NCBI GenBank assembly: GCA_036172245.1
Contig: JAYWIR010000042.1
Span: forward strand, 186,001 to 250,000
Source of the DNA: Raillietiella orientalis
Taxonomy: Eukaryota
DNA length: 64,000 nucleotides
Direction: 5' to 3'
Part shown: positions 22,553 to 35,300 of the stretch, piece by piece
Position numbering within the stretch: position 1 is the first letter of the stretch
Layout: each line of letters starts with the position of its first letter
The notes under the pieces: model-generated
Seen by the model: only the letters and a program-made list of their open reading frames with translations
What the model was told of the DNA's origin: nothing
The model's database searches: none
Translations under genes and position numbers: made by a program

Positions 22553-25500
22553 ATGAACCTCTGGCAGCGGGAGGCGCCGCCGTCGCTGCTGCTGCTGCTG
22601 CTGCTGTCGTCCTTCTGCCCCTGCACGGTCTGCGCCGATCCCTGGGATCCAGTGGACTCGAGGCCCTTGCCGAAGTGGTACGACGAGGCCAAGTTCGGCG
22701 TCCTCCTCAACTGGGGGGTCTTCAGCGTGCCGGCGAGAGGGAAGCCTTCGGAGGAATTCTGGCTGCAGTGGGAAGGTAAGGCCGGAGAGGGAGGGACGAA
22801 GAGGGCGCGTAATCACCCACGGCCGTTCTCTGACCCGCACGCACGCGTCTCGGCTGCTTCTTGCGCGAAAGGCGAGAGTAGAGAGATGGCCGTACACTCC
22901 TTGCGCGCGAAGCCGGGTGACGTGAACGCGCATTGGCGACTGTCCGCCTTCTCGCCCGGAGCGAGGAGAGCCTAAAAAGGCGAAGGGAAGGGCAGTGAGC
23001 AAGCGCGGCTCTCCCGCGAACAGGAGATCTCTCATCCCCTCTCCCTCCCTCCCAGGCCACAAGAAGATGAAGTCGCACCAGGAGTTCATCGCCAGACACT
23101 ACGGGACCGATTTCGCCTACATGGACTTCGCCAATGAGTTCTGGGCGGAGTTCTTCAACCCCGATCAGTGGATGCAGATGATCAAGGACTCCGGGGCGAG
23201 GTGGGTGGCGGCCGCGAGGAGCAGCTGCGGCTGTAGGTCTCTTTCCTCCTCCTCCTCCTTCCCGCTCGCGCGTGTCCCGCGCTGCGGCGCTCGCGGGAAG
23301 CGCGAGAGGGAGAGAAAGACGAGGAGAAGGCGAGAGGAGGACGTGGGGTGGAATAGGGTGGACGCGCGCGCGCGCGCGCGTGGACATCCGCCCACTCGCC
23401 GTCGAGCGATAAAAAACGCTCCCTGTCCCGCTCGCTCTGTGACTACTCTGAGCAGCCCGCGTCCGATTTCGGCGGCCGTTGATTGGATCCCGCGGAGGAC
23501 GTGCTCCTCCGGGACTCGCCCAGACCTGATGAGCTGAGCGATAGCATCGTGGGCCACCACGCTGTCGCGCGCCCGATGCGCGGCGTCTTCCGCGAGGGGA
23601 GGTCGTTGCAGTGACGGACCGATTGGTTGCTCCATGTCTCCGAAGTCCTCGCGGCGCCATCGCCTCCTCATGGAACCCCCTCCCCCCTTACACACACACA
23701 CACGCACACATACAAATACGCAACCACGTTCGCGCGCGAGCGCATTCTTTTCTTCTTTTTCATCACTCCCAACTAAGCGGAAGAAAATCACGTGCGTTCC
23801 TGCGAGAGTACGAACGTCCACCTGTGGAAAGCATACCGCCACCAAAGCCCCGCACGCGGGGAAAGGGAGGGCGTTTTCCCGCGTCTTCCGAGAGACACGC
23901 AGGCGCTGCTGCATCCCCCGCATGTACCTGGCAGCGGCGCCATCGATCGCCGGGCCTCACGTTTTCACGCTTTCCGCGGCTAGCTTCCGCTCGGCTGGAG
24001 ATCCCCCTCGTGGACGTGTTAGAGGCCATCGGGGGTAGATGACTGCCCCCGGCGCTTTCCTCGCAGTTTCCAACCATCGGCGCCGCAGCACCAAGGATCA
24101 GCTCCCCTTGGAGAAGGACACTTCACCATCCGCACCGGATTGTCAGCGACGGAATTTTCGTCGGTTCCCTTCCTAGTCGAGAGCTATGGAGTCTTTGGAC
24201 AGCCGCACGGAAAAGGGGGCCAGCAATGACGTGTTTCGTGCGGAAAAGGGTGCAAGCAACAGGACATGGGGTGGCATTTTCGAGACCAGTGTTGTCGAGT
24301 CTGGAGTCTCCAAACTGCACGCGAAAGCGCTTCGTGTGCGACGCTTTGGACCAGATTAAGTCCGAGGACAGTTGTGATGATACACCTCGCGCAGCTTAAA
24401 AACGTCGCCCATGCTGTTATCTTTGCATTGCCTCGTTGGTCGCCATCTGGACGTCACGCCCCGAGGCCAGACTGGCGGCGTCACATCGTTCACCCTGTGT
24501 CATCGGCACATCACATCACTGTACTCCAATTGCACACATCACTGCTTACGAACCCGTGGACCGCGGAGATTTTCAGATCACTGTGCCTGAAACACGCGGA
24601 CGATTGAGTGTTTGCAGATGCACGAGTCACTCTCTTTGAAAGCTTGCGAGTCGTCGCGACTGACGACAAAGTGACGAAGTGACTGCGTGTGAGGACACAT
24701 CAAGTGCAGGGGCGTCACTGCACGGTATGCAGACCGCCAACTGTTCCGCACGCGCTATTCGAGTGGACTGACTTTGTGGCGTGGATGAATGCCCTCTACG
24801 CGCGGTGGCGCGCGGCATGGCCGCGCAGACTGTGCGGATAGAACCTGCCCGCGGCGGCTTCGCCCCGGGCCGCCAAGATCAAGTCCTGGAGCGAACCGAC
24901 CAACGGCGAGACGGGCTCTTCCTCACCCTCGATCAACGACCGAGCAAGGTCGGGACCCTAATCAAGTTTTCCGACCCGGAACGAGTGCACGGACGTCCCT
25001 CCGGCCAAGGGAAAAGCCCTAAAGGAGATGAGGGCTGGAAGAGGCGCCTTGGGGTGCTCGGCAGCTCACAAGGAAGCAAGCAGTGGCGGTAGCTTGCCGG
25101 TGGGGTTCTTCCTCTGGATAAATGCGAGGGAGGACAGGACATCGGTCTCCTACCCCACCACTCCTCTGGCGTGACCTTAGCATGCGTGCGCGCACGGTTT
25201 TTTTTCCTTCCCCTTTTCGGCCAGGAGCGGTCACTTTCGCCGCGGGGGGACGACCGAGGCGCAGCAGGAAGGGAGGGGAAGCGAAGGGAGAAGGACTCGA
25301 AGGAAAGGTGCCGCTTTTTCCCCTTTCACGCAGATACGTCATGGTCACCGCCAAGCAGCCGGACGGATTCTGCATGTGGTGGTCCAAATACTGCAACACC
25401 TGGAGCTCCTTAGAGAGGGGAATGATGAGGGACCTTGTCGGTGAGGAGAGGTGGCCGTTGGGGCTGCATCCCTGCGCACGGGGATGCTTTCCAGAGATGT

Positions 25501-28500
25501 TGTCCGTCAGTGCTACGAACAAGAATCTCAAGTTTGGCATCCGCTACGTCGCTCACGAGTGGTTCGATCACACGTACCTCTCCAAGGATCTGGCGGCCAC
25601 CTACTTCGTCGAAGCGAGGGTCCGACGACAGGTGATGGAGCTGGTGAGGAGGGAAAAGGGGGAAAAGGCAGCTCGGCCGCTGGCGAGGAGTCCCCGGGCT
25701 GTGGGGCTGCCGACGGCCACCCTCGGCTTTCCCGCTGCTCCCGAGAGCCAGAAGGCGAGGAGGGTCACCTCACTCGCCGCCCACTCACCTACCGCCGGTC
25801 GCGGCGGAGGCGCTGCTACCTCGCCGCCAAAGTTCCTCCCGCTGTTCCCGCGGAAGTGACCGATCGAAACTCAAAGGGAACCCCCTCAGGGTGTTTCATT
25901 CCGCCACTATGTGCTGTTCCCAGAGGACGAGACGATCCGCCTACCCCCCAACGGCGCGCTTCGGCATGGGGGGAGTCCTGTTCGAAATCCCTAGCGATCA
26001 AAATCCCAAAAGATCCCCCAAAATAGACATGCACTCTCATTCTACATAGATTAACATACAAGTCTATTTTAATATGCATAATTATTCAAATTTATTAAAT
26101 ACATGTTATCACATCCTAATACTATTGGAACAGACATTTTGTATATTCATTCATTATTATTTATGCCATCCAGTCCTAGTAAGCATCTGTTCCAATAATA
26201 TTACTCTTAATACTATGTATGTTGATATATATGAATAACTATATACAGTAAAATGAGTCTGTATATTAATGTATGTGGAATAAGCATATATATATAATTT
26301 TTTAATCTCCATAATATATATTGATTTATATGTTTATATATAAATATATGTGTTAACATAAATAAAAAACATTTATTTATTAAGTATAACCTTTGCAATA
26401 TACATTAATCCATAAATTAATCTTTATATAAATATGTATATCGATGCATATAACAAGCATATATATTTTTGATAATATTTAATTCTTTATGAATACACTT
26501 CCAGTAATATTCCTGCAAATAACATGAATGTAATAGATATGAATAACTATGTATAGTAAAATAAATTTGTATATCAACCTACGTAGCGTGTATAAGCGCA
26601 CGTGCCCACGTCTTCGATCTTTCGGGATCCCCGGCACAGGAAGGTGAAACGCGAGGGGGCGGTGGCTTCAGTGAGCTGGGAACTCTGGAAGGAGAAAAGG
26701 AGACGGACAACCCCTCACTCTCCCACTCCTCCCATCCTTTTCCAACAACTGGGTGACCCCGTGACCCCGTCCTTTGCCGCCGTCCGCAGCTCCGCGCCGT
26801 TTCGGCTCCCGAGCGAAGCTTCCCGTGGCTTCCCGGGGAAACGCCCGAAACCGCGAACGCTGCAGGAACCCGCAAGCCCTACGAGACGCATTCCCCGGTC
26901 CTCGATCCTGGAGCCTCCTGCTATCGGAGGAACTCCCAGCCTACGACTCCGACCGACGGAGACGATCGGCAGTTCGAACCCATGGGATAGAAAGGGAGCG
27001 GTAGAGGGTGGCCTTCTTTTCGGAAATGACCTCAAGGTCGGGGAGAAGAATAAGAGAGTCTGCCGTAATTCCTGCAGCCCCCGCGGCCTCAGGAGGAGGT
27101 TCTTTGGGCGCCGCCTTGGGACCTCGCCGGAGGAGGGCATCTGCCCGCTACCTCGGAAGCTGACCCGTCCTTTGCTTCCTCCTCGTCCCTTCGGCGTGTT
27201 TCAGGTGCAGAGGTATGGACCCGACCTCTTCTACTTCGACGGCACTGCGAAGTCGTCGTCCTTCTGGAACTCCTCATCGATCGCCCAGTGGTTCGGAAGC
27301 AGTGGGGCTCCTGCAAGCAACGCGGTGCTCTACGACCGCTGGGGTTCCAACACGCTCTGCAGGCATGGATCCATCTACACGTGTCCGAAAGCCGCCCAGA
27401 TGACCGGTAACCAAGGGGAACGGATGATCGACTGCCCCCTTTCCCTTCTTTCCCTCCCCCCGCGGAGGTCGGGACACCTTCTCGCTCTCCCCCTCGCGTG
27501 CCTCTCTGCACGTTCCGGCGAGGTGGATGGGCCCCTCTTCCCTCCGTCTCCCGGGGAGCGAGATGCCGGTTGGCATCAGAAAGAGAAGGAAAGGAAGGCG
27601 TGGAAAGTCCTAGGGGCGCCACCCGCAAGGAGGTTCCGACCAGATGCGGAAGCGAGTTCACGTCGCCGAAGCCCCGGGAAGAAACGGGAGGCGTCCAAGG
27701 TCTGCGCGCTGCTCGGTGGCCCACACAGGAAAAATTCCCTCTTCCGTCCGGGGACGAGAGCCAAGGACCACCGAAGGGAAGTCAGAAGCCAACGCTCGGG
27801 TCAGTGACCGGAAGCTCCTTGTCGATGACCTCCGCAAGGGAGGAAGCCTCGCGGTCTTAAGCTCCCTGGGCAGACCCTCTGACGGGAACGGCCCGCTGAG
27901 GGGAAGAGGAAGGGGAAGGTGGCAGGAAACCTTTGAACGGCTCCTATCCCTTCCTTTTTACCTCAGCTCGGGGATCCAAGCACAAGTGGGAGAAGACGAG
28001 ATGGATCGATCGCTTCTCGGGAGGGTACCGAAGGGACTGCACCTTTCGCGACATCCTCTCCGCCAAAGAGATCTTGATCGACCTGGTGAAGACAGTCAGC
28101 GATGGAGGTTTGGACCGGTTCCGATGTGCGGTGTCCCCGACCTCTTTCCAGGAAACTACGTCCTGAACATCGGACCCACCAAAGAAGGAACCATCCTTCC
28201 TATCTTCCAGGATCGGCTGAAGTCTCTAGGGAAGTGGCTGAGCATGAACTCCAGGGCGATATATGGATCCACCCCTTATAAGTGTTCCATGGATCCTTCC
28301 AACAACCGAGTGCTGTGAGTATCGGGTGCTCAGATGAACTGCACGGCCGCCGCCTGCAGGTACACCAGCAACAACAAGGACGTCTTCGCAGTGGTTATCG
28401 AGTGGCCTCGGAACGACCGGTTCAACCTCACGTGCATTACCGACAACGTGCAGTCCATCAAATTTTTGCCGAAACCGAGCGTCGAGGTCAAGGTAGTGTG

Positions 28501-28646
28501 ACCTCCCAGATGGCCCACCTCCTGGGTCGGCAGAGACGACGTCGTTCTAGTGGCGCAAGGTGAACAACCGCATCGAGGTCTCCATGCCGGCGAGGATGCA
28601 CCTAGAAGTCGACTACATCTGGGTTTTCGTTGTCACCAGAGCGTAG
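22553..28646 (+). CDS. FUCA: Alpha-L-fucosidase-like protein (GH29), copy 2; 9 exons, 452 aa, signal peptide, degenerate substrate pocket
   Basis: Exons 22553-22775, 23056-23200, 25334-25440, 25495-25643, 27205-27406, 27967-28107, 28152-28314, 28360-28492, 28551-28646. All GT-AG, in frame (1359 nt), with the same intron positions and phases as copy 1. Motifs: [86 protein letters not shown]. Confidence 0.93.
26030..26580. repeat. Very AT-rich island with an internal ~310-bp-period duplication, in intron 4 of fucosidase copy 2
   Basis: TTCCARTAATATT...ATGAATAACTATRTAYAGTAAAAT...TGTATAT occurs at ~26190-26268 and ~26499-26575; abrupt composition change from GC-rich flanks. Confidence 0.7.
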
Positions 28647-31600
28647 CTGCGGTGCACGCCTTGAAGAGCGAGGTCAAGCCTGTCTGAGATCCAAGACGCG
28701 TGCGAAAATACACGTGCTGTTCTCTCTCTGGTCTTCCGTTTCTCCCTTCTTGAACGTTGAGTTCTGAGTGAGGGTTCTGTGAGCGAGGTTTGCTCGACCA
28801 ACCGGTTTCATCCCTCGGGACGCAACCGGGATGCGAATGCAGGCAGAAGGGCTGCTGCTGCTGCACTTTTTGCACACCTGATAAAAAAAGCATGGGCAAG
28901 CAATTTTGTCCGGCTTTCCCTTTTTTTTTTTTTAAAGAAAAAGAAAAAAAATGGGGCGAGGTCAGGCACACAAACTAGGCAAACGTTCGGTGGACATTTG
29001 CGAAGGTGTCTCTCTCCCAGCCAGACTGCTTGAAATGAACCTTTCCTTTCAGAGCCGAGGGCACGTAGTTGTGAAGAAACAGGAGGATCCCATCGGTGAT
29101 CTTCCCAGTCTTCCCAGCTGTACGACATACAAAGTAGGGCATGAACTTCGGAGAAATGCCATGCGTTTGGATGGAAGGGAACACGGGGCTCGGAAACTCA
29201 ATCCCGCCCCGCACCCTGAGCAAGCGGTTCACACCTTGTGCCCGTGGATACATAAAGGAACCTGTCTGCCTGTAGAACCACCTTTCCTCGAAATTCTCTC
29301 CGTCATGCAGCATCCCGTTATCAGCACGTCAGGGAAGCAGTCGGGCAATCCTGATTGACTTCAGGCACAGAAGATGCAAGGCATTCCTAGTGGTACACGA
29401 TTCTTGCATGAAATCCATTAGTTAATTCTTCCGGCTCCCATAAGGAGAGAGCCTCCTTGATATATACTGAGACCTGCTTTTTCATCTTCATGGAGATTTG
29501 CTTCGTTTTACAAGAAATTGATACCGTTCTTGTGACTTTTCAGATCTCGTCCTTCTCCGGCAAACCATTTTCGGTGTGAGGTTTCGAATCGTGCGCTCAG
29601 TTTTCTTGAGATTCTGCCTAATCACTTTGGTTCACCCTTTTGCCTGGAATCCTGCTTTCCCAGAAGAAATTTTTTTTCTTTCCCGGCTTTTGGCAACGAA
29701 CGGCAGCATAAAGAAATGCTCCTCCTGCCCTTCCATAGACTTGGTTGAATTGCACTCCCATCCCTTGCAGGCCATCGCAGGTATGACCGACAAGCTGCTT
29801 TTCCATACCACGAACCCCGCCACGAGTACTTCCTGGAACTGTGGTAGACAATTTCGACAAATGCGGAAAAATTCACACGTTTGCCAGCATGGCCCATCCA
29901 AATTTTGCCGTGAAGAAGAGCACGTCGTTTCCTCCAACTGCCGTCGTTCACGAGCTTCAAGTACCAAATATTGCTGCTGATGCTGTCAAAAGTGGCTTCA
30001 GCAGCTGATCCACGCAAATGTTAATGCGATAGACAAATGTTTCTTTGAGCGCTGCACATAGCCAGAGGAAGCAGGTCAATATCCGATGCGTTCGTGCTGA
30101 AGTGCATCAAAAACACGCACACACTCGTGTGCTCCGAGCACACGTGTCCTTCGTAGAATTCGAAATTCCACTCTTGGATTCGTGTTGCGCCACAGTTACT
30201 CTGATTCTCCCGCAACTCCTCTGGCATGATTCTCGGTTGAATGGATCGTAAAGCGTTCTCCTGCTTTCATTTCAGCGCAAGTCCTACCAGTCGGTTTGGT
30301 TTGGGTTTCCTCGATTCGTCCTCTTAACACGTAAAGCACACATTTGTGTTTGCATGGATGGAGATGCGTGTGCAGATAGGATCGAATCAGGATCTCATTC
30401 ACTTTTAGGAATAACATACATCTCACTTCTAGGTTGTGCATGTCTCACATTCTCATTACACCACTCGCAACCTTGTCTAAGATAGAAACGAGCTGAACAA
30501 GTGGCAAATAATATATGTTAATAAATGACATGAATTAGTAACGACTCACAGCAATGTCGAACAAATTCCTTTGAAAAATTCAAGATAACAGAACTTGCAG
30601 AAACTTTGACAGTTATTTAATGACACAAGTACATCAATCTGGTGATGCCAAAATCTTTCTCTCGTGTTTACCAGTGTTATCAGATGGTGGCAGAGTATTC
30701 CTCAGAGTAATATGGTGATGCTTCCTTTGATATCACTCTGAAAACGAGGTGTACTAATGTGCACCATCTGTGCTGATAGCATCACGCTGCTAAAGTATGT
30801 GCAGCTTCTTTTACACGAATTTACTGCTGGATATGGTTCGGCTTTAGCCTGGGACAATTACAGAACCAGTGCAAACAAGAAAGATCAGCTCTCCAAAAGG
30901 AGAAGACTAGGATTCAAGATACTTAGCCAGCAGTGTTTTCTGGAATATCTAAGAAACAAAATTCCCTGAGCAGGTAGGCCAACTGGCAACCATGATTAAA
31001 AACCCTCATCTTATTTACAATGGGAAATGCTCACAGGATAAAGCATTGGTGAAATTGTGATGAGCCATGATTACAAGAACTTTCCAATGCCAGTGATCCA
31101 TACATTCATTCATTCATCTTGTGCAGCATTCCCATGGCCGGGCAGCTAAAATGGGTTATGAGGCGCATTTTAGGCGACTGTAAATTTCTGACAGATTATT
31201 GAAATTAGGGAGAGATGAGGAAGGAACATTTGTAGTCATTACTAAATAAAGGTAACTAAGTGCGATGGCGTGGTTTTTGTGCTCAGTGTTCAGTGAAATC
31301 GATAAGACTGGCAAAATGTATTGAGCATAAGGCATGGAGACATGCATAATCATAGAGAACTGCTCACTGATCACGATGACTCGCTAAACCAGTCAGACAA
31401 TAAATGGCAATAGAGGAAGAGACAAAAGTAGGTGAAGTCCGAAATCATAGTAAGCAGTATGGATCTCAGGGGCTCAAACCACAAATTTGCACTTTGGCTT
31501 CTCCATTGTCACTATCCTATAAGAATCAAGTTACTCTGTTCTCATATTTCATTTGCGACAATATGGAATTTTTAGAGAAAGTTACCCTTAGACATAATAA

Positions 31601-32349
31601 TGAGTAAATAACCTTCATGGTTAGAATACCGCAAATGACAGCGGTTATCTCAAGAAATGTAGATAAATAATAAAAAAATCATATTCAAAAAGATCGCATC
31701 TCTTATAACTGAAGAGTTTCCGAAGCATAAAATTTTATGTTGTTCTGTAGTAATTTTCACTGTACCCCAAAGAAAGAATGAAACAAAACATAATGTGCAT
31801 TCCAATTTTTAGACTCAGTTCCAGTATCAACTTTGAATAACGGTATATAAGTTATTTACTTTTAGGCTTCACCTTAGGTTGAACCATATTACGTGTTCAA
31901 TCCGTTGCAAATGGACGTAGAAATTAAATCTACTCATCTCAGTAAATCTCTTAAATGGATGATCACGAAGTTCTTGGATTTCAGAACGTTTAAATGGTAC
32001 TCGTTAACGTCGTAATTATAGCAGTTTTTGCACTACGGCTGAGTATGCTACGAGCATTCGAATTCACTTTAAAAGAGCGAAAACTTCGCGTTATTTCCTC
32101 TTACGTATTGGTATTAATCAAAATTATTTCATAAAGTTTCAAGGCAAAAAATATAATTTCGGTAATTTACAGTCGCCACTTATTTGATTGTAAAGCATGC
32201 TGGTAAAGGAATTCCATTTCATTTCTCCTAATCATTATTGCTTGTAACTGGAAACAAGAAATCAAACATTGGTGTTTTTTTTTTTCTCTTACCATAACGA
32301 TCCTTGTAGAATTCATGACAATACAAAATTACGTGCTAATTCAGTAAAG

Positions 32350-35300
32350 AAAGGAAATATCCTACCTGTATTGGACAATATCGTTGTAAATGACCGCACC
32401 AAGTGCTTCTAAGACTTGGCAGCTTTATAATTTCGTACTCCTCCCCATAGTTGCAGCTGTATCCCCAGCTGACAACCCTGTGAGAAATGCTCTTGAAGTG
32501 TTTCGGTGCTTTTGCTTGCAGGTTGAGGTGTTAAGTGCATCGATCAGGTAACTTAGAAGCTTCATGTAGGCTGGTACGATGATCCTTTTTCTTTTTTGCT
32601 ATTTTTTGATTTTCACTTTTTATTAATCTTTTCAGCCTTTAATGAGTGGTGTTGTGTTTTATTAAAGCGTTTGCAGAGTAGCCAACTACAGCAAAGACCA
32701 AAGACACAGATAAGCATCATTGGTAGAGTAATAAGTTTGTTAATGTATACATTTGTCACATGACTAGATGAAAAGAAAATAATGTTTAGCATTTGCAGTT
32801 AATGCCTTGAGGTGGTGTTACCAGCTGTTGCAATATCATTATTGCAAAATAGTTTTTTTTTAAAATCGTGATTTCCACATGAGTATGTTTATCAATGGTG
32901 AACCTCAAAAATTATTTAATAAGCACAGATTGTTTTTTTCGGTAAAAGACTATGTGTAATGTTTTTGAAGTGAGCTAGGTCATGAATAATAAAAGGGCTT
33001 TGCAAAGTGCTCTGGGGGGAGTTTTAGAGATTGATAATTGTTTGACATTGTTAGCTTTGTGCTGCCTAACGGCAAACATTAAGAAACACTTGTAAAGTAT
33101 TTTTGTGTTCAATTTTTCAAGTCACTAATTTAATGCAAATTTCCCATTATCCACTATATATTAACTTGTAAAAGCCTAGAGCTAGTATTGGGCATTGCTT
33201 TGAAGTTAAGTATTTAACACTGGCAACACGTTCAGTATTACTAACATACTAACCATATGATGGTATGCATAGATTAGTTACATGGAGTATTGCAAAAAGC
33301 TACATTTTAGTTCAACAAGTATCCAGGTTTGGATCAACATAGAGCTTACTTTCTTGAAGCTCTTGCATATCAGGATGTATCATGCTTGTACACATCATGA
33401 AGGTGAAATTCATGATCAAAACTGTAATTTGAAGAAACATTGAGTGGATATTCACTACCATTTGGAATGAATATTTTGTTACCTACATGATCCATCCCAA
33501 CATTTCACAAGTCTGCTGTTACTCTAGCTTTAATTTTGGAGTGCTTCTCATCTATATGTACTTTGAAGGTTTTCTGTAGAAATTTGCTGTCTGACTTCCT
33601 TTAATCCTAGATAACTTTTCGATATTTCAAGCAGTGTTGGTGAAGAACTTATGGTAATGATTGTCAGACTGTATTTTGAACATAAGAACATCCATAAAAC
33701 TTTTATCTTTTTGATCTCTGCAGTTCCGTTGTCATTGTTCATGGTTTTCTTATGACTTGCAATATGTGTCAAGTAATTACTTGTGATAATGATAGTAAGC
33801 CTCCATGTATATCATGACTGTATTAAATTTGATTTAATAATAACTGCATAGACTTTAATAGCATGTGTTATGTAACTCACACATCAATAAAAACTTTATG
33901 CAATTTTATGATAGTGAACCTTCAAATCAGTAATTTTATTTTTCCTGTTGCTGATAAAAAAAAAAATGTGCTGTTAAAGTCAATATTTTATTATCAGATC
34001 TAAAAGAGGCTGGAATCGTAGACTGTGAAGATAGATGTACACATATAAGGCAAGTAAACATTCTTTGATAAGTGCACATTCCCAGTGACATCTGAGAAAG
34101 AAATTTTCTGATGACTGGTTCCAGGACAAATGACCTATGTTCAAGATCAAGAACCAATAAGTGATCTCTCCTTTTTTTTTTGCATGTAGAGAATTCTCTC
34201 CTTTTTTACTTAGAATGATTGCTGTCCAGGATACTCAGCAAGAATTTATAGCAATTTGGGTCGCTATTAAAAACCACCATAGTTCATGCTACTCTTTAGC
34301 TACAGAAGGTGGGATTTCTGTGGGACAATTGGTATAAAGGAAAGGTGTCCAAGAACTCATTTTTTTATTCCCCAAATCGGCATTTTTTTGGTATTATTAA
34401 AATGACAGCACTGCAAAAATTTCAGATATAAAGCCATTTCAAAAAATTTCTCATTTAATTCAAATGTATAGGAAAAAATTGGAATCAAAAGAACAAAAGA
34501 AACATGTAGAAATTTCGTTCATGTTCCATTGACAGAAACATGGAAAGCCAAATTGTTCATGCAGGTGCAATCACAAATGGTGATCTGAAAACCTCATTAG
34601 GAACAAACATATTATTGCAATGTGGCTTCTGAATTGTAATCTTGACAGGGTAGTCTTTTGTAGGTGATGTGTATGCATTCTTTTTTGTGGGTATACTGGA
34701 TGCATATATCTGTAATGAAATCAAACATGTACTCTCAGTTCAGATTAACTGCAATTTTTAAACTGTTCAAGTAGTAAAGTTCAGAATTTTGCACGCATTA
34801 CTATGCTATTTTCATGGTGCTGCACTAGTGTCACAATTCTAACAAACTTTGGGTACTGCATCTGGAAAAAGTTCCATTTCAAGGAATATGCTGATACAGC
34901 AGAAGTATGCAATCAAGATACTTTGATTCGGATGCTTTTCCTTTTAAGGGTTCTCATAACAAACATTTTTCGATATAGATTCATTCATTATAAAACTGAT
35001 ACATGCAAGCTAACTGGTTGAGGAAAACGTACATTTACAATTACTGTGAAGATCCACTTGTACAAAATGCTGTTTTATCTAGATATGTGATAAGTAGTCT
35101 TTGCTAAGCTAAACAAGAAACAAATTGATACTAAATAAAACGTTCAGAATTAAGTGCATCATTTGAGAATGCTGCAAGACCAATCAACAGTCCATAGTCA
35201 ATTTGATGCACCTTTCTTAATATGGAAATTCAAGTCAAATTATTTTATATGTAATCATTGCACGTTCTTCTGCAGAAGAAACGTGTAGATCCACAATACA

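Noticed and set aside
28975..30020. Minus-strand protein-like ORFs (HDGENFEERWF..., LVGHTCDG...)
   Set aside because: Faint transposase-like words, but no consistent motif order or splice model.
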